A stretch of 64,000 bases of DNA. Origin: Candidatus Norongarragalinales archaeon. GTDB lineage: Archaea; Micrarchaeota; Micrarchaeia; Norongarragalinales; Norongarragalinaceae. Where the stretch lies: the NCBI GenBank assembly GCA_038884755.1, contig JAWABJ010000001.1:512001-576000 (forward strand), written 5' to 3'. Below, piece after piece: positions 47,190 through 55,914 of the stretch; the stretch's first letter is position 1, and each line of letters opens with the position of its first letter. The notes beneath the pieces are model-generated. The model had not been told where the DNA came from and did not search any database. It worked only from the letters and a program-made list of their open reading frames with translations. The position numbers were made by a program, and so were the translations under genes.

Positions 47190-47897
47190 TCAAAACTTGT
47201 CGTCGACGACTATCAAATAATCTTTGAGGGTGATGAAGCTCTCGCCGCCGGCGTTCAACCGTGCTTCGGTCGCCTTGCTTCCAGCCCTTTCGAGCGTTTC
47301 TTCCAAAACGCCCACCGTTCCCGCGTGTTTTCCCTTGAATACGAGGCATTTTGCGCCTTTCTCCATTTTCAAAAACCCTTTGAGTTCCTGCTTGGGAATC
47401 GAGGTTACGACCGTGTCGCCGACCTTGAACTGGTCTTCCTCCTTTTCTATCACGAAATTGCGGGAATCGTGCAAGTTTAGCTGCACTTTCCCCTTGCCGG
47501 AAGTCGTTTTCCCGATTATGCGGCAGTATTTCGTTTTAGCCTGCGATTCGTCGATTTGCTTGAACGCCAGGGCGCCTTTTTGTACGATTACGCGGTAATA
47601 AACGCCGAGTTTCGCCACTGAAACCACGTCCATGAGGCCTACAGGCGTTCCCAAAAACTTTGTTTTCACGCCGTCTACCAAAACCTCTCCTGCGTTCAAA
47701 AGCCTTTTCGCTTGTCTCGAGTTCTCGACCAGCCCGAGCCTGTCTCTCAAAATCAAAAGCAGCGGAATGGAACTCTTTATGGAGTGTTTTCCGGGAATGG
47801 GTTTTTTCACCCACTGCGTTTTTCCCTTGCGGTGGATTTTAGTCGCCAAAGGCAGGTTTTGCCGGTTCAAGTGCCTTCTTTTTCCGTGTACAGCCAT
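47190..47897 (-). CDS. rps4e: 30S ribosomal protein eS4
   Basis: PLLLILRD, PVGLMDV, QLNLHD, GKHAG. Confidence 0.95.
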   Translation of the reverse strand: MAVHGKRRHLNRQNLPLATKIHRKGKTQWVKKPIPGKHSIKSSIPLLLILRDRLGLVENSRQAKRLLNAGEVLVDGVKTKFLGTPVGLMDVVSVAKLGVYYRVIVQKGALAFKQIDESQAKTKYCRIIGKTTSGKGKVQLNLHDSRNFVIEKEEDQFKVGDTVVTSIPKQELKGFLKMEKGAKCLVFKGKHAGTVGVLEETLERAGSKATEARLNAGGESFITLKDYLIVVDDKF

Positions 47898-47903
47898 TCA
47901 AAA

Positions 47904-48287
47904 TCACTTTTTGCCTTGCTGATTCTTCTCGGTTGCAGGCGCTTTAGGCCTCGCCTTCCTGTCGCCCAATTGCAACGCGACCAAATGCGAAGGGTTCAAG
48001 CCAGCCAGGAATTCTTTTCCCCTCTGGTTTTTCACGGTAATCCCTTCGACGAAAACCTTGAGCGCGCCCAAATCAACGCGCGAAACCAAACCTTCCCTCT
48101 TCTTGTGCTTTCCCTTCAAAACCAAAACCTTGTCGCCCTTGCGTATTGCGACAGAGCGTTTTTTCATTTGCTTTCTCAGTTCCTTGCCCAAGTGCACAGA
48201 AACCAGCTTTTGCCGCAAGTGCAAAGGCGCTTGGAACAGCGCTTTCCGTTTCTTGCTCGGTTGCGATGAAACTTTTGAAAACTTCAT
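47904..48287 (-). CDS. rplX: 50S ribosomal protein uL24
   Basis: SQPSKKRK...APLH, RKGDKV. Confidence 0.93.
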   Translation of the reverse strand: MKFSKVSSQPSKKRKALFQAPLHLRQKLVSVHLGKELRKQMKKRSVAIRKGDKVLVLKGKHKKREGLVSRVDLGALKVFVEGITVKNQRGKEFLAGLNPSHLVALQLGDRKARPKAPATEKNQQGKK

Positions 48288-48314
48288 TCTGGAAAACACC
48301 AAAAATTCTTCAAG

Positions 48315-48716
48315 TCAAACGACTACCGACGCCACGCCGACCACTTTTGGAAAGCGCTCCGCGATTTCCCTCGCGACGCAACCCTTGATTTCCGTTCCCT
48401 TGGGAAGCCCTTGGTCGTCAATCAGCACGCAGGCGTTGTCTTCAAAGCGCACTCTTTGCTTTCCTCTCCTGAATTCCTTCTTCTGGCGGATTATGAGCGC
48501 TTTTTCCTTTTTCTTTATCATTTCCGGCTTAGAGGCTTTCTTTACCGCTACGGTCACGACCCCGCCGATTCCCACTCCCGGATACCGCCTCAAGCGCGTT
48601 CCCGCCTTCGCCACGCCGATTATTTCCACTATCTTGGCGCCGCTGTTGTCGTCGCAAACCAATTGCGTTCCGATCGTGAGCGCCTTGCCTACCCTTGCAG
48701 CCAAGCCGAGCGTCAT
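48315..48716 (-). CDS. rplN: 50S ribosomal protein uL14
   Basis: CDDNSGAK, FEDNA, PKGTEIKG; start ATG 48716. Confidence 0.96.
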   Translation of the reverse strand: MTLGLAARVGKALTIGTQLVCDDNSGAKIVEIIGVAKAGTRLRRYPGVGIGGVVTVAVKKASKPEMIKKKEKALIIRQKKEFRRGKQRVRFEDNACVLIDDQGLPKGTEIKGCVAREIAERFPKVVGVASVVV

Positions 48717-48720
48717 TTTT

Positions 48721-49020
48721 TCATTCACCGCCTTGCTTTGCTTTCTTGATGAAAACGTGGCTTTTGGTTTTGGAAATCTTTCTGCACTCGCCGAACTCCA
48801 CGAAATCCCCTTCCTTGACGCTCTCGCAAGGCGGAACGTGAATGTGAACTTTCCCGCGCCTTTTCTCGAGGCGCTCGTACTTTCCAACCGGTTTTACCGA
48901 CGGGATTACGACCACCGCAGTGTATTTCGCTTTCGCGCTTACGACTACCCCCGTTCTCACGCTGCCGCGTACTCGCAAGTTCCCGTGCTTGGGGCAGTTC
49001 AAGTCGCTGCAAGAAACCAT
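48721..49020 (-). CDS. rpsQ: 30S ribosomal protein uS17
   Basis: CSDLNCPKHG, KYER, ECRKISKTK. Confidence 0.95.
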   Translation of the reverse strand: MVSCSDLNCPKHGNLRVRGSVRTGVVVSAKAKYTAVVVIPSVKPVGKYERLEKRRGKVHIHVPPCESVKEGDFVEFGECRKISKTKSHVFIKKAKQGGE

Positions 49021-49092
49021 TTTACAAACCAACCTCATTCTAGAAACGCGAAAAAGCTTTTTGCGCTGGAAAAGCGTGTTCGCCGAAAACCC

Positions 49093-49419
49093 CTACCGCC
49101 TGGCGGAAAGCCTGGCGATTTTTTTCGTCCGGTCTTCAGGACGCGAAACCAAAAGCTCCCCGTCGGCTTTGACGCCTGCTCCGAGGAAAAAGAAAACGCA
49201 CCCGTTCTTGGGGACCGTTTTTCTTCCTTTTCCGGTTTCCAGGACGAAAGTGTTCTTAGTTTCGTCCGTTATTTTTCCTTCAAGGCCTTGAAAGCCTTTG
49301 TCGCTGCTCCATTCCACCCTCGCTTTTTCGCCGATGAGTTCTCCTGCGAGAAACTCCGCGGCGGAAGGCGAAAGGGAAGCCCAGCGCTTTCGGCTCAAAG
49401 CGGAAGCGTCAGTCTTCAT
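49093..49419 (-). CDS. rnp1: RNase P protein Rpp29/Pop4
   Basis: ELIG, GKITDETKNTF, VPK, RPEDR. Confidence 0.92.
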   Translation of the reverse strand: MKTDASALSRKRWASLSPSAAEFLAGELIGEKARVEWSSDKGFQGLEGKITDETKNTFVLETGKGRKTVPKNGCVFFFLGAGVKADGELLVSRPEDRTKKIARLSARR

Positions 49420-49479
49420 AAACGCGTTTTTGAAGAAATGCGAGGATATAATCTGTCGGAAGGGCGAATAAAAACCTTT

Positions 49480-49803
49480 TCACTCGACCCGCGCCGTCTT
49501 GATTACTTCCTTGGGATACCCGATTTTCACGAGGTACTCGACAACTTTTCCCAAGTGTTCTCCCTGCAAAATCACCAGCCCTTTTTTCGCGGTCCCTCCG
49601 CATGCCAGCTTGTGCTTCAGCTCTTTCGCGACGCTGTCGAGCTCGCTGCCTTTCAAACCTTCCACGACAGTCACGAGCTTCTTGAAACGCTGGCGCGTGG
49701 TGTAAACTTTTATTTCCGCCTTGGTCTGCTTTTCGATTTCCTCGAAAACGCCTAATTCCTTAGGCAGTCCAGTCAAAGGGTCTATTTCGGAAATTGCATT
49801 CAC
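49480..49803 (-). CDS. sui1: Translation initiation factor aIF1 (SUI1)
   Basis: KLVTVVEGL, LKHKLACGGT, LQGEH; no in-frame ATG, so start is GTG or ATT. Confidence 0.93.
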   Translation of the reverse strand: MNAISEIDPLTGLPKELGVFEEIEKQTKAEIKVYTTRQRFKKLVTVVEGLKGSELDSVAKELKHKLACGGTAKKGLVILQGEHLGKVVEYLVKIGYPKEVIKTARVE

Positions 49804-49826
49804 GCTCTACAATGCCCAGTTGGGGC

Positions 49827-50033
49827 TTACAAGCTTTTTTCTCCCTTTTGGGTTAATAATGTTAGTATTCTCGCTTTCAAGCGCTTTGCGCTGCGCAAGC
49901 GCCCGGCGTTGGAAGGCCTTCCCGAAGATTTCATCGCCGACAATTCCGCCGCGATTTCCCCTTCCGCTTCCTTGAGCTTGGACTTCAAATCGGCGGATGC
50001 CATCGCCTTCAAGTCTTTCTTTTTAATTCCCAT
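49827..50033 (-). CDS. rpmC: 50S ribosomal protein uL29
   Basis: 68 aa, NAGRLRSAKRLKARILT; synteny. Confidence 0.9.
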   Translation of the reverse strand: MGIKKKDLKAMASADLKSKLKEAEGEIAAELSAMKSSGRPSNAGRLRSAKRLKARILTLLTQKGEKSL

Positions 50034-50052
50034 TTTTCAACACCAAAAACTT

Positions 50053-50739
50053 TTATTGCGCGGTTTCTTCCGCTTCCACCGCAACGACCGACTGCGCCGC
50101 AGCCGCTTCCGCCGCTTGTTTTTCAGCCAACGCCGCCGCTTTCGCGGCTTCGATTTTCTTCTTGTCGTAAAACACCGTTCCCGGAGGAACGATTTTGACT
50201 CTTATCCCTACAGCGCCTGCGCTCAAGTACGCGGTGTAATGCCCTTCATCCACTAGCTTGAGCTGGTCGCCGCTTTTCTTGAGGAATCCCGCTCTCGCGG
50301 AGAACGTTTTCGCCTTTCCTCCTTTTCCTACGACTTTTCCGGCAACGCGGATTTCCGCGCCCAACGCGCCAGCCCCCATTATTTCCTGCAAGGCCATCCT
50401 CATTATCGGCTTGATGTTGGGCTTGGTTTCTATCCTTCTCGCTATTTTTTCGGCCATGAGCCGCGCGTCCAACGCCGGCTTCGCCACTTCGATGACTTCA
50501 ATCTGGGGGTTTTCAATCGCAAAATCCCTTTCGAGAGTGTTGCACAAGTCTTTGATTGATTTTCCCTTCTTTCCCACGACCACGCCCGGCCTGCGAACTT
50601 CGACCATTATGCGTGTTGCAATGGGCGTCTTCTGTATTTCTATCTTGGAAACGCTCGCGCGCTCGAGCTCTTTGAACAGGAAACGCTTGACTTTCAAGTC
50701 GTTCAACGATTTTTTCAAAAACTTTTTCTCGACAGCCAA
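50053..50739 (-). CDS. rpsC: 30S ribosomal protein uS3
   Basis: RPGVVVGKKG KH loop, GALGAEI; TTG start after GGAGGT. Confidence 0.95.
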   Translation of the reverse strand: MAVEKKFLKKSLNDLKVKRFLFKELERASVSKIEIQKTPIATRIMVEVRRPGVVVGKKGKSIKDLCNTLERDFAIENPQIEVIEVAKPALDARLMAEKIARRIETKPNIKPIMRMALQEIMGAGALGAEIRVAGKVVGKGGKAKTFSARAGFLKKSGDQLKLVDEGHYTAYLSAGAVGIRVKIVPPGTVFYDKKKIEAAKAAALAEKQAAEAAAAQSVVAVEAEETAQ

Positions 50740-50784
50740 CCAAACGACCTCCCGGACAAAATCAACAACATAAAAAACCAAAAA

Positions 50785-51375
50785 TCATTTCTTTTCTTCC
50801 TTCGCGGCTGGATTTGACGACCTGGACTTTTTTTCCTGCGCCGGTTTTTCCGCCTTCTTTTCCTGCTTTGCGCCCCCCTTCTTTTCAGCAGGCTGCCTTT
50901 CTCCAAGCACCAATTCCGCCCAGCACGTCACGTAATTGCTCCAAATCGACTGCTTTCCGTACCCGAGAGTGCGGGGGGAAGTAAAGTAGTTCTTGTAGCG
51001 CTTCAAAACGTTCTGCTTGTAAGCGGCCGCATGCTTTACGTACAAGGCGCTTTCGTCCATTCCCTTGTGCACTGCATTCGCCTTAGCGTTTTCAAGCAGG
51101 TCGAGCGCGATTTTGCATTCTTTCTTTGGGTAGCGGCCTTTCTTTCCGCCCAATTCGCTCCTGTGCCCGATGTGCTTGGCGTACTTGTGGTAGCGAATCG
51201 CCTTTTTCATCTCAACCGCGCCGTTGAGGATTGAAACCGCGTCGGCAACGGTCTTTCCTTTTATCGCCGCGAAAACCTGGCTCAAATCCTTGTAGCTGCA
51301 GTTCATGTCGTGCTGCTGCGCCTTGCTTGTTTTCACGCTTTCGTCTTCAACGACCGAATATTTGAACAAACCCAT
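50785..51375 (-). CDS. rplV: 50S ribosomal protein uL22
   Basis: GRYPKK, LENAKANA; synteny. Confidence 0.93.
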   Translation of the reverse strand: MGLFKYSVVEDESVKTSKAQQHDMNCSYKDLSQVFAAIKGKTVADAVSILNGAVEMKKAIRYHKYAKHIGHRSELGGKKGRYPKKECKIALDLLENAKANAVHKGMDESALYVKHAAAYKQNVLKRYKNYFTSPRTLGYGKQSIWSNYVTCWAELVLGERQPAEKKGGAKQEKKAEKPAQEKKSRSSNPAAKEEKK

Positions 51376-51391
51376 TTTGCAAAACCCTTTT

Positions 51392-51778
51392 TTACTTGAG
51401 CTCGACGCTCTTGGAACCGCGCGTTGCGCCTATTCCGGGCCCGGAGTGCTTCACGAGCTTTATTGTTATCGCGTACTCTCCGAGCTTGCGCCCGAGCTTT
51501 TCAGGAGTGACGAGAACTTCAACGAATTCCTTGCCGTTGTGCACTAGAAACCTTTTTCCGAGCATTTCCGGAAGTATGACCATTTGCCGGTAATGCGTTT
51601 TCATGGGTTTTTTGCCGAAATCGTGCTTGCGCAGTTTTTCAATGAACTTTTTCACTTGCACGCCCATTCGCTTGAGCGTCCTTCGCGAGTTTGACGGGAC
51701 GAGGCGCAGGAAGTCGTCCATGCTCATGTCCGCTATCTTATCCACTTCGATTCCTTTGAACAACACTTGTCTAGCCAT
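51392..51778 (-). CDS. rpsS: 30S ribosomal protein uS19
   Basis: THYRQMVILPEM, HNGKEF, PGIGATRGS. Confidence 0.96.
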   Translation of the reverse strand: MARQVLFKGIEVDKIADMSMDDFLRLVPSNSRRTLKRMGVQVKKFIEKLRKHDFGKKPMKTHYRQMVILPEMLGKRFLVHNGKEFVEVLVTPEKLGRKLGEYAITIKLVKHSGPGIGATRGSKSVELK

Positions 51779-52505
51779 TCGATTTCACACCTTTTCCTTT
51801 AGACCTGCCAGTGCGCCTGGCGCCAATATGCCCAGCCTTCCTTCCGACGGGCGTACCGTGCGAAACTGTAGTGGGCTTTCCGCCGGTTTTTCCACCGTAC
51901 GGGTGGTCGTAAGCACTCATCGCCCTGCCGCGCACGTGCGGGTAGTAGCGGTTGAGGGCCTGCATTTTGAACCGCTTTGCGCTGGCTTTCAAGAACGGTT
52001 TTTCCAAACGCCCTCCGCCGGACGCTATTCCTATCGTAGCGAAACAATTGGGGCTCAGGTTCTTCACTTCCTTGGAAGAAAGCTGGACCGAAACCATTCC
52101 CGTGTCTTCGTCTTCGGCAAGCTTAAAGCAGAAAGTTCCGCTCGAACGAGACAGTTTCCCCCCGTCGCCCGGGCGCAGTTCAACGTTGAAAATTGAAGTC
52201 CCGTCGGGAATGTTCTTCAGCAAAGCGACGTTTCCCAAGCCCGGCTGCGCTTCGCGGCCGATTTGAATCCTGTCGCCTATGGCAAGCCCTTCGGCGGCGA
52301 GGTTGTAAACCTTCCTCCCGTTTTCAAGTGTTATTTCGGCCACAAGCACGTCCCGCGCCGGGTCGTGCAAAAACTCGCTTACCACGCCCGAAAGCGTCTG
52401 GCTCAAAGCGACGTCGTAGCGAATGTCTCCCAAAAACCTGTGTCCGGGAGAGCGGAACACAGGGCTACCGCGCCCTCTTTTCTGCTGCCTCAGCCTAGTA
52501 CCCAT
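51771..52505 (-). CDS. rplB: 50S ribosomal protein uL2
   Basis: HDPAR, PGDGG, VRGRAM...DHPYGG, ARRTG. Confidence 0.97.
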   Translation of the reverse strand: MGTRLRQQKRGRGSPVFRSPGHRFLGDIRYDVALSQTLSGVVSEFLHDPARDVLVAEITLENGRKVYNLAAEGLAIGDRIQIGREAQPGLGNVALLKNIPDGTSIFNVELRPGDGGKLSRSSGTFCFKLAEDEDTGMVSVQLSSKEVKNLSPNCFATIGIASGGGRLEKPFLKASAKRFKMQALNRYYPHVRGRAMSAYDHPYGGKTGGKPTTVSHGTPVGRKAGHIGARRTGRSKGKGVKSNG

Positions 52506-52518
52506 TTCAACACCAAAA

Positions 52519-52770
52519 TCAAATTACTTTCAACTTCGCCGCCAGTTCCAAAGCCACTCCCGCCTTTTCGAAAGCCACTATGGCCTTCTTGCTGCCGTGG
52601 GGCGTGGTCATGACGTTGACGCTCTTTACTTTCTGGCCGTAGTTTTTTTCCACTTCTTCCTTGACCTGCCTTTTGGTCGCGCTTTTTTCTACGACGAACG
52701 TAATCTTGTTCTCGCGTTCTATGCCGGAAACGGCTTTTTCAGACGCCAGCGCATACAAAACAATTGCCAT
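52519..52770 (-). CDS. rplW: 50S ribosomal protein uL23
   Basis: SEKA, ENKITFVV, KKAIV. Confidence 0.93.
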   Translation of the reverse strand: MAIVLYALASEKAVSGIERENKITFVVEKSATKRQVKEEVEKNYGQKVKSVNVMTTPHGSKKAIVAFEKAGVALELAAKLKVI

Positions 52771-52794
52771 GTAAAACCACTTTCTTTGCACATA

Positions 52795-53604
52795 TCAACG
52801 CATATACAATTTTTCTTTTGAAAGCTTTTCCAACGCGCCTTGCGTCCAAACGCACAAGCGCCCCGCGTTGCCGCCCGGAGCGAGCAAAACCGCGTTGAGC
52901 TTTTCGACACTCGCGCAATCCACGCCCGCCAAGTTTCTCGCCGCCTTGGCGATTCCGCCGTCATTCCCGTAAACTATGAGCACGCTCTTCCGCTGCTTGT
53001 GCCCTCCGCTCCTGCGCCCTGCAACGCCGGTAAGCGGGGTTCGGGAAGCGCTGGCTTTCTCCAGCTCCTTCTCTAATCCTATTGAAGACAAGAATTTCCT
53101 GACTTCGGAAGTTTTCTTCGCGTTTTCCAAAGCGTTTTCCGCCACGATGGGCAGGGAAATTTTTGAATCCAAAAAATGCCCGCGCGAGGAAACGACTTTC
53201 GCGTTTGCAGTAGCGGCAATCGCGCTTCGCAACGCGAGGTTTTTCTCTTTCCTGTTTATTTTTTCCACGAGGACTTTCTCGGGCTTGGGCGGGTGCGCCC
53301 TTCTTCCTTTGACGGCGTGCGGAACTCGCAAAACCCTTCCGCTCCTTCCGCCCGCGAGCTTTTCCCTCGGCAGGCGCGAGCGCCCGGTGTTGATGGTCTG
53401 CCTCCAAGCGTGCCTCCTGCCGTAGTATTCCGCTGTGTTCTGCATTCCAGCGAGCGGAAACGCGCCCTTGGGCTGCAATTTCAGCGAAGAGAACGCCCAA
53501 AAAGCCCTGCGGATGACGTCAGGCCGGTAGGGAGTTTCGAACTGAGAAGGCAATTCCACGCTTTCGCCTGCAGAACCGTCAATCTTGAAAACGTTGGACT
53601 TCAT
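52795..53604 (-). CDS. rplD: 50S ribosomal protein uL4
   Basis: RPDVIRRA, GRRAHPPK, LLAPGG. Confidence 0.96.
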   Translation of the reverse strand: MKSNVFKIDGSAGESVELPSQFETPYRPDVIRRAFWAFSSLKLQPKGAFPLAGMQNTAEYYGRRHAWRQTINTGRSRLPREKLAGGRSGRVLRVPHAVKGRRAHPPKPEKVLVEKINRKEKNLALRSAIAATANAKVVSSRGHFLDSKISLPIVAENALENAKKTSEVRKFLSSIGLEKELEKASASRTPLTGVAGRRSGGHKQRKSVLIVYGNDGGIAKAARNLAGVDCASVEKLNAVLLAPGGNAGRLCVWTQGALEKLSKEKLYMR

Positions 53605-53615
53605 TTTTTACACGC

Positions 53616-54560
53616 TCATGCAATCAATTGTTTGACTTCGACAGCCTTGGCTTGCGGCTGGGAGAAAACCTGTTTCCTCAATAAAACGAACCTCTTGGCC
53701 GGCCCGGGCACGCTTCCCTTCAACGCGATGAAAGAACCGTGAACCAGCCCGTAATTGTCGAAAAACCGCATGCCCTTGAATTCTTCGGAAATCTTGACTA
53801 TCCTTTTTCCCCTGTCGACGCGCTTTTGAAAACCGTGCTGTCCCGCGCGCGGAATAGTGTACATGACTTTCGCCTGACGCTCGGGTCCAATGGAACCTCC
53901 GTGCCTGCGCGATTGCGAGGCCTTGCGGATGTTTAAAGAAACTCCGTAACGCTTGACTACCCCGCTCCACCCTTTTCCTTTCGTAACTGCAATCGCATCC
54001 ACGACTTCGCCGTCGGAAAAAACGTCTTTCGCGTTTATTTCTTTTCCCAACAAGTCCAGCGCTTTAGCCTTCTGCTCTTCCACGCTACCCCCCAAGGCGA
54101 CTTCGAAAACATCAGGGTTTTTCTTCAAGCTTATTTTCCAAGGCTGCGTGCAGCACAAAAGCCTCACTTCGGCAATGCGCTGTTCGAACTTTTTGAATTC
54201 CTCGGAAGCATTCTTTTCCTTTTTCGCTGGAGTGTAAACACGGTTCAACTGCTTGGGATGCGTTTTCGAGTCGATTTGAGTCAAAGACTTCAAGCCGTAA
54301 GGCGTTTTCTCCCACAATTCAATCGCGTAAACGAAAACCGGCGGGACTTCCAAAACAGTAATAGGCCAAATGACTTCCTGCCCTTTGAAAGGCGAAGCGT
54401 CGTCTTCGACGACCAGAGCCTGCGCCATTCCTGCTTTGAAAGCAGGGAAGCCCTGCATTCCTCCTTGCTTACCCCAAGACCTAACTCTGGGAGTAATGCG
54501 GCTTGCCCTACCGCGATGCCAAAAACTTCTGCTTCCCCTGCGGGGACCGCGTTTTCCCAT
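53616..54560 (-). CDS. rplC: 50S ribosomal protein uL3
   Basis: PRRGS, FKAGM, TKGKG, PRAGQHG, GSVPG. Confidence 0.96.
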   Translation of the reverse strand: MGKRGPRRGSRSFWHRGRASRITPRVRSWGKQGGMQGFPAFKAGMAQALVVEDDASPFKGQEVIWPITVLEVPPVFVYAIELWEKTPYGLKSLTQIDSKTHPKQLNRVYTPAKKEKNASEEFKKFEQRIAEVRLLCCTQPWKISLKKNPDVFEVALGGSVEEQKAKALDLLGKEINAKDVFSDGEVVDAIAVTKGKGWSGVVKRYGVSLNIRKASQSRRHGGSIGPERQAKVMYTIPRAGQHGFQKRVDRGKRIVKISEEFKGMRFFDNYGLVHGSFIALKGSVPGPAKRFVLLRKQVFSQPQAKAVEVKQLIA

Positions 54561-54651
54561 TCAACACACTCTCTGAACGTCTTTTCACCTGGTGCTCAAA
54601 AACCGTTTATTCCAAAAACGATTTTCCGTTCCTTCCGAACGGGTTTGCCGC

Positions 54652-54786
54652 TCAATCGGCCGAAACTCTCTTGGCCACCGGCGGCGTCTTCTTGAACAAG
54701 ACTTTGGAATCGCAGTACAAGCAACGGATGAAACTCAGTTCCTTGAACTCATATTCCTTGCCGCAATTTCCACAAACGAACGTCAT
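54652..54786 (-). CDS. rpoP: RNA polymerase subunit P (Rpo12), not in ORF track
   Basis: My translation: MTFVCGNCGKEYEFKELSFIRCLYCDSKVLFKKTPPVAKRVSAD. Confidence 0.9.
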   Translation of the reverse strand: MTFVCGNCGKEYEFKELSFIRCLYCDSKVLFKKTPPVAKRVSAD

Positions 54787-54901
54787 TCTAAACCAACTTT
54801 TCGTGCTTTAAAGACTAAAAAGCCGCAATCGCAAAAGATTGAGAATAAAAGATGCTTAAAATGCTTATAAAAACCTTTGTTTAGGCGCATTCCCGCGTCT
54901 G

Positions 54902-55342
54902 CTAGTGGTGCTTGAAGTCGAACTCGCGGTCTTGAAATTCCGTTCTTATTTGCCTTATGAGCTCTTTCGCCTTGGCGCTCAAGTCCAAAACCTGTTTTTC
55001 CACTTCCTCCACTTGCTTTTTAAACTCGTCCATCTTCCGCTCGTCAATTTTAGGCTTGCGCTTCAAAACCAAAGCCCGCTGCACTTCCTCTACAAAGTTT
55101 TTTTCCTTGAGCATGAGTTCTTCAGTGCAAATCACGGCATAGTCTGCATCCAACCCTAGGAGGAAGATTTTCTTGTTGACACTCTCGCTGTAATACTGGT
55201 TGGTCCCCATAAACTGCAGGAACTCGTGGATTGTTTGCAGGGAATTGAACGACTGGCGGAGCGTCAGGGGCGTATAGCCGAATCTCGCGAGTTCTTTGTA
55301 CAAACGCAAGTCGACTTCAACATGCTTGTCTTCCAAAGGCAT
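54902..55342 (-). CDS. Hypothetical helical protein
   Basis: 146-aa ORF with SD-like GGTGGGGG upstream; C-terminal coiled coil. Confidence 0.65.
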   Translation of the reverse strand: MPLEDKHVEVDLRLYKELARFGYTPLTLRQSFNSLQTIHEFLQFMGTNQYYSESVNKKIFLLGLDADYAVICTEELMLKEKNFVEEVQRALVLKRKPKIDERKMDEFKKQVEEVEKQVLDLSAKAKELIRQIRTEFQDREFDFKHH

Positions 55343-55391
55343 TTCCCCCCACCCACCGCACTACTGCAATAATGCAACTCGCCAATAAAAA

Positions 55392-55522
55392 AGCCTCCGA
55401 TGGGATTTGAACCCACGACTTCGTGCTCTATGTTTTCTTTCTTTGATTAAATTTTCTTTCTTTTTGAAAAAGAAAGAAAAATTATACCATGCACGCACTC
55501 TACCAGTCTGAGTTACGGAGGC
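55392..55522 (-). tRNA. tRNA-Thr(GGU) with 57-nt intron (55428..55484) at 37/38
   Basis: GCCTCCG/CGGAGGC acceptor; CGTGC-ATGGTA^A-GCACG; GTGGG-TTCAAAT-CCCAT. Confidence 0.93.
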
Positions 55523-55643
55523 AAAACTGAAGAAGCGGACGATTATTTTGTGTGAAAAGGAATTAATATAAACCGATTCGAGAAAATAAATTGGCTTTCA
55601 GCTATATTAGTTTCAGCATGTTGTGCTTTTAGGGTTTTTCGTC

Positions 55644-55802
55644 ATGGGCAAGTTTCCAATCGCAGACAAGGCTTTCACTGGCGTGCTAGTGTGCAAAAAA
55701 TGCAAGGCTCGCAACCCGCGCGGGGCGGAACAGTGCAGAAAGTGCGACTATCGTTCCTTACGGCCCAAACGCGCTCGCAAGAAGGAAGCCAAGGGCAAGT
55801 AA
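55644..55802 (+). CDS. rpl40e: 50S ribosomal protein eL40 (not in ORF track)
   Basis: MGKFPIADKAFTGVLVCKKCKARNPRGAEQCRKCDYRSLRPK... Confidence 0.95.
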   Translation: MGKFPIADKAFTGVLVCKKCKARNPRGAEQCRKCDYRSLRPKRARKKEAKGK

Positions 55803-55804
55803 GT

Positions 55805-55843
55805 CCAAGCCTCGGGAAAACCAAGGTTTTCCCTGGCGCTTGG
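55805..55843. repeat. Inverted repeat between rpl40e and tRNA-Leu
   Basis: CCAAGC..GGGAAAACC-AA-GGTTTTCCC..GCTTGG. Confidence 0.65.
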
Positions 55844-55914
55844 CGGCGAAAGCATCGGCCTTCCCGTTTCTTGCAGGCGTTTTATAATTTCCCTTACGCT
55901 TCAGTATATCGAAT

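Noticed and set aside
48058..49755. 565-aa plus-strand ORF and other long antisense ORFs (e.g. 11312..12421, 39937..40995, 43690..44652)
   Set aside because: Antisense shadows of well-supported genes, with no motifs
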